NCBI RefSeq assembly: GCF_006345805.1
Contig: NW_021835686.1
Location: 1-38,175, forward strand
Direction of reading: 5' to 3'
DNA length: 38,175 nt
Source: Octopus sinensis
Taxonomy: Eukaryota
Shown: piece by piece, positions 1 through 11,761 of the stretch
Numbering within the stretch: position 1 is the first letter of the stretch
Layout of the letters: each line of letters begins with the position of its first letter
The notes under the pieces: model-generated
Seen by the model: the letters and a program-made list of their open reading frames with translations, nothing else
Database searches by the model: none
What the model was told of the DNA's origin: nothing
Program-made: the position numbers and the translations under genes

Positions 1-2536
1 ATGGAATTTGTTAATGTATTCTAGAAATTTTATCAATAAACTGCGTAATTCCAGGCCTCTTGTAGAAAGGGCCTTATGGATAGGCCATTCGTCGACCCTG
101 GGACATCGTCGTCTCAGGCCGATCTTGCGGGAAGGATTGAACCTTTCAGAAGGATCTCCCTCGTTTGGATCGGCGATCACGGGAATAACTATAATTAACT
201 GGCTTTGCCCGTGTTTGGTCTTTAAATAATAATAATAAATAATAATAAATTGGCATACATTGTAGTAGGCTTTAAAAAAACTAAGGTATAGGAACGTCTG
301 ACAACAGTTTTGCATGCAAAAACGTTCATAAAACATCAAAATTGATATATAACAATATTTTTAATTTATTAATTTATTTATTTTCTTATTCAAATTGTAA
401 GTCTGACATCTTAAATTACATCGTACATGGTTCCTTAGTTTGAGATTGCAAAAAGGTTTAGAGGAGGTTGAACATATTAATATAATAGACGATCAAGGGA
501 GGCAGTTGTCCTGAAAAATCAGGTCGATTGGTTGCACACAAGTGGAGATCTCGGGGGGTGTTTTGTCGGGAAATAAAGACTCATTTTTAGTTAGAAATAT
601 CTAAAGTTCAGACAGTTCAGCTTTTCAAATTTGTTAATTGACTGATTTATAATATTTTAGTGAATTTGTTAATGTATTCTAGAGATTTTATCAATAAACT
701 GCATAATTCCAGGCCTCTTCTAGAAGGGTCCTTATGGATAGTCCATTAGCATACATTGTAGTAGCCTATAAAGAAACTAAGGTCTAGGAACGTCTGACTC
801 GAGTTTTGCATGCAAAAACGTTCATAAAACATCAAAATTGATAAATAACAATATTTTTAATTTATAAATTTATTTATTATCTTATTCTCATTGTAAGTCT
901 GACATCTAAAGTTAGATCGTACATAGTTCCTTAGTTTGAGATAGTAAAAAGGTTTAGAGGAGGTTGAACATATTAATATAATAGACGATCAAGGGAGGCA
1001 GTTGTCCTGGAAAAATCAGGTCGATTGGTTGCACACAAATGGAGATTTCAGGGGGTGTTTTGTCGGGAAATAAAGACTCATTTTTAGTTAGAAATATCTA
1101 AAGTTCAGACAGTTCAGCTTATCAAATTTGTTAAATGACTGATTTATAATATTTTTAGGGAATTTGTTAATGTATTCTAGATATTTTATCAATTAACTGC
1201 ATAATTCCAGGCCTCTTCTAGAAGGGTCCTTATGGATAGTCCATTAGCATACATTGTAGTAGCCTATAAAGAAACTAAGGTCTAGGAACGTCTGACTCCG
1301 GTTTTGCATGCAAAAACGTTAATAAAACATCAAAATTGATATATAAAAATATTTTTAATTTATTAATTTATTTATTTTCTTATTTACATTGTAAGTCTGA
1401 CATCTTAAGTTAGATCGTACATAGTTCCTTAGTATGAAATAGTAAAAAGGTTTAGAGGAGGTTGAACATATTAATATAATAGACGATCAATGAAGGCAGT
1501 TGTCCTGGAAAAATCAGGTCGATTGGTTGCACACAAGTGGAGATCTGGGGGGTGTTTTGTCGGGAAATATAGACTCATTTTTAGTTAGAAATATCTATAG
1601 TTCAGACAGTTCAGCTTTTCAAATTTGTAATTGACTGATTTATAATATTTTAGGGCATTTGTTAATGTATTCTAGAGATTTTTATCAATAAACTGCATAA
1701 TTCCAGACCTCTTCTAGAAGGGTCCTTATGGATAGGCCATTAGCATACATTATAGTAGCCTATAAAGAAACTAAGGTCTAGGAACGTCTGACTCTGGTTT
1801 TGCATGCAAAAACGTTTATAAAACATCAAAATTGATATATAAAAATATTTTTAATTTATTAATTTATTTATTTTCTAATTTACATTGTAAGTCTGTCATC
1901 TTAAGTTAGATCGTACATAGTTCCTTAGTATGAAATAGTAAAAAGGTTTAGAGGAGGTTGAACATATTAATATAATAGACGATCAATGGAGGCAGTTGTC
2001 CTGGAAAAATCAAGTCGATTGGTTGCACACAAGTGGAGATCTCGGGGGGTGTTTTGTCGGGAAATAAAGACTCATTTTTAGCTAGAAATATCTAAAGTTC
2101 AGACAGTTTAGCTTTTCAAATTTGTTAATTGACTGATTTATAATATTTTAGTGAATTTGTTAATGTATTCTAGAGATTTTATCAATAAACTGCATAATTC
2201 CAGGCCTCTTCTAGAAGGGTCCTTATGGATAGGCCATAGCATACATTGTAGTGGCCTATAAAGAAACTAAGGTCTAGGAACGTCTGACTCCAGTTTAGCA
2301 TGCAAAAACGTTAATAAAACATCAAATTGATATATAACAATATTTTTAATTTATTAATTTATATTTTCTATTTACATTGTAAGTCTGACATCTTAAGTTA
2401 GATCGTACATAGTTCTTAGTATGAGTAGTAAAAAGGTTTAGAGGAGGTTGAACAAGTGAATATAGTATATACCATCAAGGGAGGCAGTTGTCCTGGAAAA
2501 ATCAGTCGATTGGTTGCACACAAGTGGAGATCTCGA
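1..2536. repeat. Tandem array, period ~495-498 bp, about 4.8 units (may continue upstream of the window)
   Basis: The motif gaatttgttaatgtattctaga (or a close variant) recurs at 4, 662, 1160, 1655 and 2153. Units are highly similar with scattered substitutions and indels. Unit 1 carries a 162-bp insertion. Unit 5 breaks off at ~2536. Confidence 0.97.
90..251 (+). mobile_element. 5'-truncated non-LTR retroelement/SINE 3' end with (TAA)n tail, inserted in repeat unit 1
   Basis: Absent from units 2-5 at ggccatt^agcatac. Ends in tttggtcttt-aaataataataataaataataataa. A second copy lies at 16395-16504. Confidence 0.85.
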
Positions 2537-3249
2537 GTTTATATTGGTGAAAATAAAAACGCACTTTTAGATTAAATAAGAACGCTATTATTTTAGAAGT
2601 GATTCATTATGTTTCTGCCACTAAGAAAAAATTTTGTTGACGTATTTGATCAAATTGAGTAAGATACTTGCGGTTTGATATATTACATTAGGGGACTAAA
2701 TAGATCCGAAGTTGACCCTGATTGCCATCGCACGTGGTGCACCCACTAGAAACAATTAACACCCACCAAATTTATCGCTTTAAAACATATAATTTATAAC
2801 TAAATTAACTAAAATTTGCTCCTGAGCTCGGAAATCACCTCGGTTTCTCCTCAGACCTTCCTAAGAAATCTGGGACAGAATTCATAACTCTCTAGGAAGA
2901 TCGATGATGAGATTCTGAATACAGAAATGAATTTAGAGCGTCAAGATTAACATTTATATATATTTTTTAATTGCTAACTATGTATTTGTGATTTGTTTAG
3001 AATTAATATGTTTTATTACATGTTCGCACTAGAAACATGTTACATCAGTCAAATTAAATTTTAAATATTACCAATTAAGTTGTAATAAAATATAACTATA
3101 TTAGCTAAAATTATTAAATGTTTTCTAGGGTTTTGTCTTGAATATCATCAATCTGTGTTCCTTTAATCGACACCTTTCTAATTAATTTAAAAATATAATT
3201 TTTGTAATTTAGAATTCAGGAGCATATAAGCCATAAAACTTTCTATTTC

Positions 3250-3907
3250 ATAGAATAATGTCCTGAAAGCCAATCGACGTTCTACAAAATATAAATAAAT
3301 AAAATAACAAAGTTATTTTCAGAAGATGTAAGAATATGAGGAAATTCATATAATCTGCAAACTTATCAGCACGTTCTATCAGTTCATTGGATTTATTTGG
3401 ATCGAAATAAGTGCCTGCGAGAACTACGGATAACGGCAAGTCCAATTAGACGAAGGATGAAACATTGGGATAAATTTTTTAATATAACCCAGAGTTAGCT
3501 TGGCTGACAAAACTTAAGGTAAAACATTGATCTCACCTCTTTTTCACTATTCACGTTATATAAATAATATATCCTAAGGCAGTTAGGCTATATCTCATAT
3601 TTATAGTAGGTACCCGTAATTTCACTCTTGTATATTACAAAATATTACAAATACAATTTAGGACATTCAAAAAAATTAATTTCAACATCTTCCCCCTTTA
3701 CCGTCAAGAACAATCTTTGTTCTACCACATTATTTTCATTATACATACTATGGCTGAAGTCAATTTCCTGGTTTCTATTATTGAAAAAACAGTTAATAAA
3801 CAGATATTTTCCTGCAGATGTGATTTGCTTAAAACTAACCAGAAAATTCACACCCATGTATGTAAATTTTTGCGCTTAAACCTACGTGACGACGAATTAG
3901 ATGACAT
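3250..3907 (-). CDS. Small intron-containing gene of unknown product (possibly CS/p23-like fold)
   Basis: ATG at 3907. Removing a 26-nt GT-AG intron (3828-3853) joins MSSNSSSRRFKRKNLHTW to QITSAGKYLFINCFF...EIDFSH. Further micro-intron candidates follow. The 3' structure is unresolved. Confidence 0.3.
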
Positions 3908-4164
3908 GCTTTTTAAAATAATCAAAATAATTTTTTGTAACTAAATAAATAAATAAAGTTAAATTCAACATAATTAGACTTGGTTCTCAAAATATAATCT
4001 TTTACTAGATAGTATTCAAGATTCGCATTTATACGCCTTTTGCTGTGATTTGAACTTTCAGTTATGGATTACTATCCATATGGGCATGCGGCCATTAAGA
4101 TTGGTTGAGGTGGTGACGTACCTCTCTTTGATATGTCTCAAACATGTGTTCTATTCGATCGAGG

Positions 4165-4625
4165 CCTTTACTATTGTTTCTTTTAATGTTAGAGGACTGT
4201 CAGCGAAGTCAAAACGGAATACCTTATGCGACGACCTAGACCGTTACGGGGTCGATGTGTGCTGTCTTCAAGAGACAAAGGTCGCGGAAGGGCAATGAAG
4301 CTTATGGAAAATACCGCCTTATATTTCTCCCTTCTGAGTGCCGACACTACGGATTGGGATCACTGTTCGAGCCTCGCTGGAAAAGAGTGACTCAAAGTGT
4401 GGAGTGTTAATGACCGCATCGCGATTCTTCAAATCAAATTGAAATCGAAAGGAAGTAATATTATCCATCATCAACGTGTACGCACCCCATACGGGGAGAC
4501 TGTTGGTTGCTTCTAATGAGTTGGACAAGTTTTACGCAAGCCTCTCAGAATTATGCAACGTATTAAACAAGACAACAGTCTTATTTCTGACAGGAGACTG
4601 GAATGCCAAAGCAGGCATTAGAGAA
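4165..4625 (+). mobile_element. RTE-like LINE APE endonuclease fragment, degenerate
   Basis: Motifs IVSFNVRGL, DVCCLQETK, NVYAPH and LTGDWNAKAG of the APE/EEP endonuclease, with stops and frameshifts. No RT downstream. Confidence 0.85.
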
Positions 4626-4934
4626 ATGATGAAATATGCATTGGCATTAGCTAAAATTTTCTCGCGAACCCAAAAAAAAAACAGTTCATTTTTGTTTAGA
4701 CATTCTACGTAAAGATAAGGGACCAATTTCTAGATCTCGAAGTTTAAAGGTCTGATCTCATATCTGACAACATTTTTGAATTCAGCGTCCAAAAATAATA
4801 TAAGTTACCTTTTATTATTTTTTTATAAATCTATTAATAATTTAGTTTGTTTTTCAGCTCGATTGATATTACACACGTGAAGATCTTGTATGGATCTTTA
4901 CAATTACACAAATCTTGTTTGAGGTCGACTTAAA

Positions 4935-7560
4935 CCAGGTCCACCAAATCTGGATTGCGGCAAGAGAGATCATGCCCTGGTAGTCTTTAATCCACAAAAT
5001 TCTGCGGCGTCACCGGACTGGACAAACCTGGGTTTCCCTTCGAAACGATAATAGAAGATGGCCTCCTTTGTGATCTGCCGGTTGGAAGACCGCATTTCCT
5101 TATGAACGTCCGTCGTCCAGTCTTCCACTTTCCCGTTAGCCAAAATTGGTTGCTTGTAGTCCATGATTTCCTTTTCCGCAGAAATCATGGCGGAAACCAA
5201 CAACTCTCCACTCCCTCCTTTGTCGAACTTTAACGACTTGACGTTATCGAACATCTAGAGTCGTGTACAGCACATACTTTGATGATGTTCCTGGACACAT
5301 TCGGGTCCTGATGACACATTACCAAAACTGTTAAAAGCTCACAGTTCGTCGTCGAAATAAAGAAAAACCGTAGGAAAACGTTTCGTTTTGACTCGAGGTA
5401 GTCATCAGGAATTTCTGGCATTTGTCGACTCCTGCGGCCAGACTGTTCATTTCGTTCAATCGACCTTTGACGTGACATGCAAATTTGATTCGCGTATTTT
5501 TGGCTGTTTCCCCATGATCTACCGTGGGAGGACGGGAAACCCCTTTGAAGGTCTTTCAAGGCTGTCAAAGACTTTGGCTTCATCTGGAAGTTTCATTCGA
5601 GTGTCTCCGCCAATAAAGATTCCTTCCAAGTACATCCATTTGCGCTGGACGTTGACCCACACCTTCAATTGACTGGGGACTAATACGTCGATCACTTCGG
5701 AGATCGGAGACAAGGACTTTTCCCAGTGCCGCACACTGTTGACAAAGGGAGCTGCGAATCGAGAAGCAGCCATGCTCTGCAAATTGAGGGAGTTGTCGTC
5801 GATGATTTGCAGAATGTCCTCGACACTCCAATTATTTACCCTCGATTGGTAGTGCCCTTGGTGTACATTGAAATGCTGAGGCGCATGTTCGTCCACGTGT
5901 CCTTTATCTCTTTGATTCCCTGAAATAAGAAAAGGATCGCCATTTCCTTGATAGCACATGTCACGATATTCGAGATTTCATCTTGGAAATCGTGCAAATT
6001 CATTTTAAAGACGCTGGAGAGGGGTGAACGTGTCTGGGTTGATATCGAATCTCTTTCCAGTCATTTTCATCAAGTTGTTCCAGTGCCTGGCGGGTTTATG
6101 GGGCTGAGTACCTTTCTCTCAGGGCCTCGTTCTTCAAATCAATAAAAAGGGGCAGCGATTCCTTGAATTGCTTTATTTTGTTTTTGACGATTCCCCAAAG
6201 TTTGAAGACTCTTATTTCTTTTGCTAGCTTTCTCAGCGCTTTCAAAAATTCGTCGATTTTTTCGGTCAAAGTCTGCACATTTAAATCGGACCACAATATC
6301 TCTGCCCAGGTTTCCCGCGCTTTCTACGTGAAAGGTCAAAGGTTCTGAAAATTCTCTGTTCCGAATATATTGCAAAGATTTCCCTCAGTCCTTCCACGTC
6401 TTTCTCAATTCTGTTTAGTTCGGGGTGATTGCTAATTTCCAAATCAAAGAGGTGTTCAGCATTCAAAATTTCCTGCCGTTCAGTGAACAGTTTCTCGAGT
6501 TCTCCACTGAAATCGACCAACAAACTTTCCCTAAATTGACAAAAATCAGGAAACCCGCTTCAATGTCAGTTCCACACAGCCCGGGACCGGATTCAAAGTA
6601 TCGATCGGAGAATTCTTTTACTTTGGTGGAAAACTCGATGATCGAATTTTTGGTCAGCTAATTTTAATGGCGAGCGAATACTTCAATAAAACGTCTCTCG
6701 ACAGGTGTAAGGCCCACGTCTTTGACTTTGGATTGGTACACGAGTGACTGCCATTTCTCGTTAATAGTCTCCACCAACTCCCGTTCCTCGTCTGAATAGG
6801 GGAGTTCGTACATTGACAAATGTCTAATTTGACTTTGTGATTTTTAGCGATAGCCTTCGAGGAGTTGGTATATTTTTACTTCAATCTCCAGTCTATCTTT
6901 TTTGATGTCAGAAATTGCTTTCAAGACAAATTTCAGCTCTTCCAACCTTTCGGGCTCAACCGCCAGTTGTTTGTATTTGTTCTATTGATTATCCAGTTAG
7001 GTGAACATTGACATAATCTCGGACGTGGAATAACGAGTCTCTCACCAAATCGTGCAAATGATTTCCCAGACATTCAGTCCATTTGTTTGCGTGCTTTTTG
7101 AGAGAGCCAATCAAAGGTTGCATGTTTATTCGGAGACACTCAATGTCTTGGATGTCGTTAGCTTTCTCTATTTCTTTGATGATTTTAATGTAGAGCTGAA
7201 ATTGGTCGTCAGAAGCGACGATGGACGGGCCTTTGCTGAACCATTTTTAATGATTGTTGCCTAGATGGGCTGAAAGGCTTTACTTTGTCCACTTTCAAGA
7301 TCGGCCGATATTTTTTCCATTTAGACAAATAATTGTGACTGTTTGTGATAAGTCGCTTGACGATGTTGATCGAATTCTGGTACAATTCGTTGATTGAACA
7401 CAACGTGGACAAATCCCGGTTCTTTCCGTTCGATATGTGAAAGCAAGGCAACTGCCTTACATTTAATATCAAGAACACTGTCAGAGGCGAGTGCAATGAG
7501 GTGTGAGACCACAACGACAGGTTGGACTAACCCAGAGTGGGTAATGTAGCTCAGGAGATT
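4935..7560 (-). pseudogene. DNAH10: Axonemal dynein heavy chain 10 internal fragment (tail end and linker, stops before AAA1)
   Basis: NYLSKWKKYR, DLKNEALRER, VQRKWMYLEGIFIGGD, MFDNVKSLKFDKGGSGELLVSAMISAEKEIM and YQGMISLAAIQIWWTW match DNAH10 as recalled. Micro-introns present, e.g. 5663-5686 (24 nt). Several -1 frameshifts. Both ends truncated. Confidence 0.9.
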
Positions 7561-7587
7561 AACAGAGCAATTCCTTATGCTAATGTC

Positions 7588-7696
7588 CTGAGTCATAATT
7601 TATGAACAAGACAGGATATGAGTCATAATTTATGACTCAGAAATATTTGGGTTATTGCACTGTCCAGTCTAAAATTAATTGAAAATGGCAACCCTG
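7588..7696 (-). mobile_element. Putative hAT-type DNA transposon terminus with palindromic subterminal repeats
   Basis: CAGGGTTGCCA (7696->7686) begins where NIPBL-like coding appears to stop. Followed by duplicated tgagtcataatttatga (7589-7605, 7619-7635). No partner end in the window. Confidence 0.4.
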
Positions 7697-9870
7697 TTGT
7701 TGTATTGGCGGAATGTTCTCGAATGTCTTGTACAAAAGCATAGCAACTTTGTGCTATAATATTAAAGAAGTCACAAACAGGTTGTGTTCTCAGTTTTGGA
7801 ATGATGGACGATAAATATTTCCAGATTAGTTAAAACTTGTATGCATAGCTGCACATTGTTGGCACACTCTTCCAATATTCCAAAATAAAGGACTTTTATT
7901 TCATCTTGAATCATAAATTGATGACCACGCACCAACAAATTACCTATCGATACAACACAGTGACTAACCAAGAGCCATTAAAGATACAAACCGCAGATCT
8001 GAGTCTTCAAATACACAAAAGAAGTAACAAATTTCAAATATTTTGGGTATAATCTGTTCCTATGAATGTCAAAAAACATCCAAACATTCTGAAAATTGAA
8101 AATATCGTTCTCAATGTCAAAAAACCGACAGAGAAGGGCGACGATATAAAGGGATCTCTTGACGTGAGACTTGATACTAGACTCAATAGTTTCACTCCGT
8201 TCGATCTCTTCCTTCTTAATTCGAAGAATATCTTAATTAGTGCTAATAAAAATACTGAAAAATCGATTGAAGAAATCTTGAACGAGTTTTTTGTTATTAG
8301 AAATGCGGACAATTATACTTAGACATTTGACTGAACTGCTAATGACCTAAGATGTGAACTACAAGAATACGTTGATTCCTTGGAGTAGTAGTATTCGTAT
8401 GATCTGTTCTTCCAAATGTGCTAACATTGCATCACCTGGGTGGTCAATAAGGCCTATCGTGTTCTGTACTATTTCTAATGTGCTCTGCAATATCCCACTA
8501 TCTGCCTGAACAATAATCAACAACTGAGTAACCGATCCAGCACTGCTCAAATAAGGCAGAAGTTTCATCAAATGTGGCGTCAATAACGTTGGACGAACGC
8601 GGGAAAATGTCTCAAGTGTCTCATAACATAACACCATTCTGTTTGGATGATACCCCTCCGAACAAGAGTGTCCTTAAATTGTATAAAACATACAACTGGC
8701 AATAGACTCGTCCAGTGCTATTACATTAGTTATTATACAATCAACAATCTGCAATGCTGCCTTCAAGACATTGCCACTGTTCTCCTCAGATTCTTTGAAT
8801 ACCTGCGAGTAACAATTAAAGTATACACTTCTAAGAAATGTCTCGAACCACACTCCTTCGTCTGATAGAGCAGAAACCTGAAGAGCAGTTTAAGAATATT
8901 ACTAACCACATCCGTTATGCTGATGACTCGCTTCATTAGCCCTTTGCTGTCTTTCTTGGTTGGAACCAGTCATAAAGTCATAAACACTTCATTCACCAAT
9001 TTCTTAAAAGCAGTGAAATGATCAAAACTACTTTAACAGTATCTTCGTCATTCACTCTATGTATCATGCGGACACAAATATCCGTAACCCTCGGGTGGTC
9101 TGGATAATTAGAGCAAATTTCTTTGAATATTCGAATTACTTTTTTTCTAACAATAATACTAGTATCCTGTAGTATAAGTTGATTTGAAGATACAATAATC
9201 CTTCCACACATCATTTCGTAGTACGACTCAATCAACTCTGGTTTAGTCAGAATGAAGCGACCCACCAAATCCACCACAGATTCCTGCACATTTGGAGAAG
9301 AGTCTAAAAACCGACAATTTAATGACTTTTGAACATCTTGCTTAAACATTCACACAAACATACAAACCCTAGCAAAAATAGACGAATCGACCTCCACAAC
9401 AAAATTCAAAAATTTTTCTGCCTTACTTCTCAGATTGGCAATTGGCTCACTTAAACATTGTAATATCTACTAGTGCTTTTAAGTAGTATTACTCGGACGA
9501 TGACAAATTTGAGACAACTATCGAAATTGGGGACAAATGGGCCCCGGTATTGAATGAAGACTACGCGAGAACCCACCTTCTCATGATCCAAAGATAATTC
9601 CAGTTTTTTATAAGACTGTTCTTGACGACGGACCTTGACGGACCTTGAATACCTCCATGTCCTCGTGTATGCGGGGGATTGCTATGATCATATAATCCAG
9701 TGCTTGCAGTCGGAAAACGAAGTTCTCAAGCACAACCTTATACCCGTCGTCCCCTTTATTGAAACACCGTTTTATGTACATTAGAACAAACTATAATGCA
9801 CGAGCACGAGCTGTCTCGAATAATGAGACATAATCATTCTCAAATTGTTTCTATCAAAGTGTAATCAAGG
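7697..9870 (-). pseudogene. NIPBL: Cohesin loader Nipped-B-like/Scc2, HEAT-repeat region fragment
   Basis: FRLQALDYM, SVVDLVGRFILTKPELIESYYEMM, DTSIIVRKKVIRIFKEIC, RVNDEDTVK, KRSLYIVALLCRFFD and IQVLTNLEIF align in order with NIPBL as recalled. Micro-introns, e.g. 8232-8255 (24 nt). N- and C-termini absent. Confidence 0.88.
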
Positions 9871-10159
9871 CGGTTATTGTATTTATTTCGCACATAATTG
9901 TCCACCATTTTATTACACATTGAAAAAAGAAGGTTTTCTGACATTTAGAGTTTATTCTATATTAAAAATTGTTTTAAATTAACATACTTTATAAAATTGA
10001 CGGCAAAATATAATGCACTACGTAAAGACTTGTTTGTTCAAATTTCCAGAATTTATTACTCTAAATTTACTTAAATTTAAAATAAATTAAAACATTTGTA
10101 ATATTATATAGCAAACAAATGTTATTTCAAAGAAAAGATTCTATAGACTATTTCAATGG

Positions 10160-10603
10160 TAAGCCCGTTACGGTTTTCATTGTCCGCTTCCACTAATTTC
10201 GTCAACTCTGTTCTTTTTCCCTCTTCTGAACAGTGCGAGTTGTTGGAATATGCGGCTGGTGTCAACGTGTGGGTTTCTCGGGGGCTTAAAGTCCCGGACA
10301 TTCCGTCGGCTCAAAAGAACTGGGACAACATTTATTGTTCTCACATAATTGAAGATATCCGGTCACACGCCGATTAGTTTCAGTTGGCAAGCATTAATTG
10401 TGCTTGTCAACCGCATTCGGGAGATTAGTTGAATGCGTTACCGATCTCGTCAGCGAGCATGTTCCTGGACGACGAATCGGTCCGCATCGGAATCTGTTTA
10501 CGGCTTGGCATAGAGATTTGCCAGCCGCACCATTGCAGATGTGAACAACTCATTGACAGGAGAGGTTTACACCCTCTCTCTTGTCGCCTCAGTGCCGGCA
10601 GGG
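10160..10603 (+). mobile_element. CRE-like non-LTR retrotransposon fragment, cut after the zinc knuckle
   Basis: LNALP...FLDDESVRIGICLRLG..ICQPHHCRC...GLHPLSCRLSAGR; same family as 34904-36091. Confidence 0.85.
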
Positions 10604-11761
10604 GAACCCTTCTCTTGGGGCTGGAAAATACACCTCCATGTGGCAGTTGGTCATCATCCTTGTCTTCAAATTTGTGTTCACGGTGACCACGTTTGGACTG
10701 AAGGTGTTGTGTGGGCTCATTCGAAGGTGCCTGCTGGATTATTCATTCCCACGATTTGTGCGGGGGCAATAATGGGGCGAATCGTGGGCATAAGAGTGCA
10801 GCAGATTGCCCGGTTGGGGACTGTGGTCATTGTAGGACGTTCTACATCAACTCGACTTCTCTGGTGGCTGTGATCAACCCCGGAGTGTACGCGCTTGTGT
10901 GAGCTGCCGCCACACTTGGGGGGTCACCCAAATGACTGGTGTTATTGAGTATTTATAGTAGTGTCCCTGGTGGTGATTATGTACGAGATGACTGGCGGGA
11001 TTTCTTACATAATCCCCATAATAATGGCCACCATGACCAGCAAGTGGATTACTGACTGGTTAGGGAAGGAGGGGATGTAGGCACTGCTTTTATTCCATAG
11101 AAACGACCGACACATCCACCTGAACGGCTTCCCCTTCCTCGACGGAAAGGACGAGATTTCCGAGAGTGGCACGGCCAATGACGTTCTCCACGCAATGTTT
11201 TGTTGGGTATTCACTCGCAGGGACAACTCGGCCGAACTGACTGTCATTGAGCAGAACAAAATGACCATTTCCGAAATCAGTATTCATTTCTCTCCATTTC
11301 AGAACAAATTCTCGAGGAAACGAACTACAACGGATTTCCAGTGGTCGTGTCCAGGCACTACAAAGTGTTGGCGGGGTTTGTTTATCGAAGAGACCTCGAA
11401 TACGCACTGGATACACCTTCTACTTAATGACAGACCGATTGAATGGATTTTCCGACAGCATAATCGTCTATTTTTCTGGTCCTCGCCCGGAACAGCACAA
11501 GTCGGTCAGACTCTCGTCATCCTCGACCAGGTCAGGTCTTTGGGCCAACCACAGAGTCCAATGACAATGACTGTGTTCGGGTCTATCCACATCACGTTGG
11601 AAATGTTCCAAAAGTTGGGAATCCGGCAAGTTTTGATCACCAAAAATAAGTGCGTATATGGTAAGACTGTCGTGTAGTGAGGTGGTGGGAATCATCACCA
11701 AAAAAAACTTTGTCACTATATCGGGGACCTCCGTCTGAGGAACAGACTTCTCAGAAGTTAA
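10604..11761 (+). pseudogene. CLC-3/4/5-type chloride/proton exchanger, C-terminal half with both CBS domains
   Basis: FGLK|VPAGLFIP, PGVYALV*AAATLGGVT, LNGFPFLD, NYNGFPVV, FQKLGIRQVLIT, GIITKK. Introns 10704-10726 (23 nt) and 11531-11554 (24 nt), among others. GGA->TGA stop at 10900-10902. 5' half missing. Confidence 0.92.

Noticed and set aside
130-145. Pol III B-box (GGTTCAATCC / GGTTCGATTC) on the minus strand of the TAA-tailed insert
   Set aside because: It is opposite in orientation to the tail, has no A-box or proper T-arm stem, and no cloverleaf can be folded. Not called a tRNA or tRNA-SINE head.
665-810. Minus-strand mini-gene in the repeat (MQNSSQTFLDLSFFIGYYN plus a 24-nt GTATG..TAAG intron)
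   Set aside because: Only ~46 aa, differences between units are mostly non-synonymous, and unit 4 has a frameshift. The plus-strand frame has better support.
1-2536. Array as CRISPR, 5S, snRNA or spliced-leader RNA genes
   Set aside because: There is no short repeat-spacer structure. The U5-like acctttttac on the minus strand is not the invariant GCCTTTTAC and lacks the stem. Bases before the GTAAGT donor vary between units, unlike a conserved SL exon. No 5S, U1, U2 or U6 motifs were found.
2536-2750. Penelope GIY-YIG relic (VYIGENK...)
   Set aside because: Only a 4-5 residue match followed by stops; not enough to call.
8062-8322. 86-aa plus-strand ORF MNVKKHPNILK...
   Set aside because: It is the antisense shadow of NIPBL exons (KRSLYIVALLCRFFD on the minus strand).
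11195-11677. 160-aa ORF as a separate gene
   Set aside because: It is an off-frame and intron read-through of the CLC CBS-domain exons.
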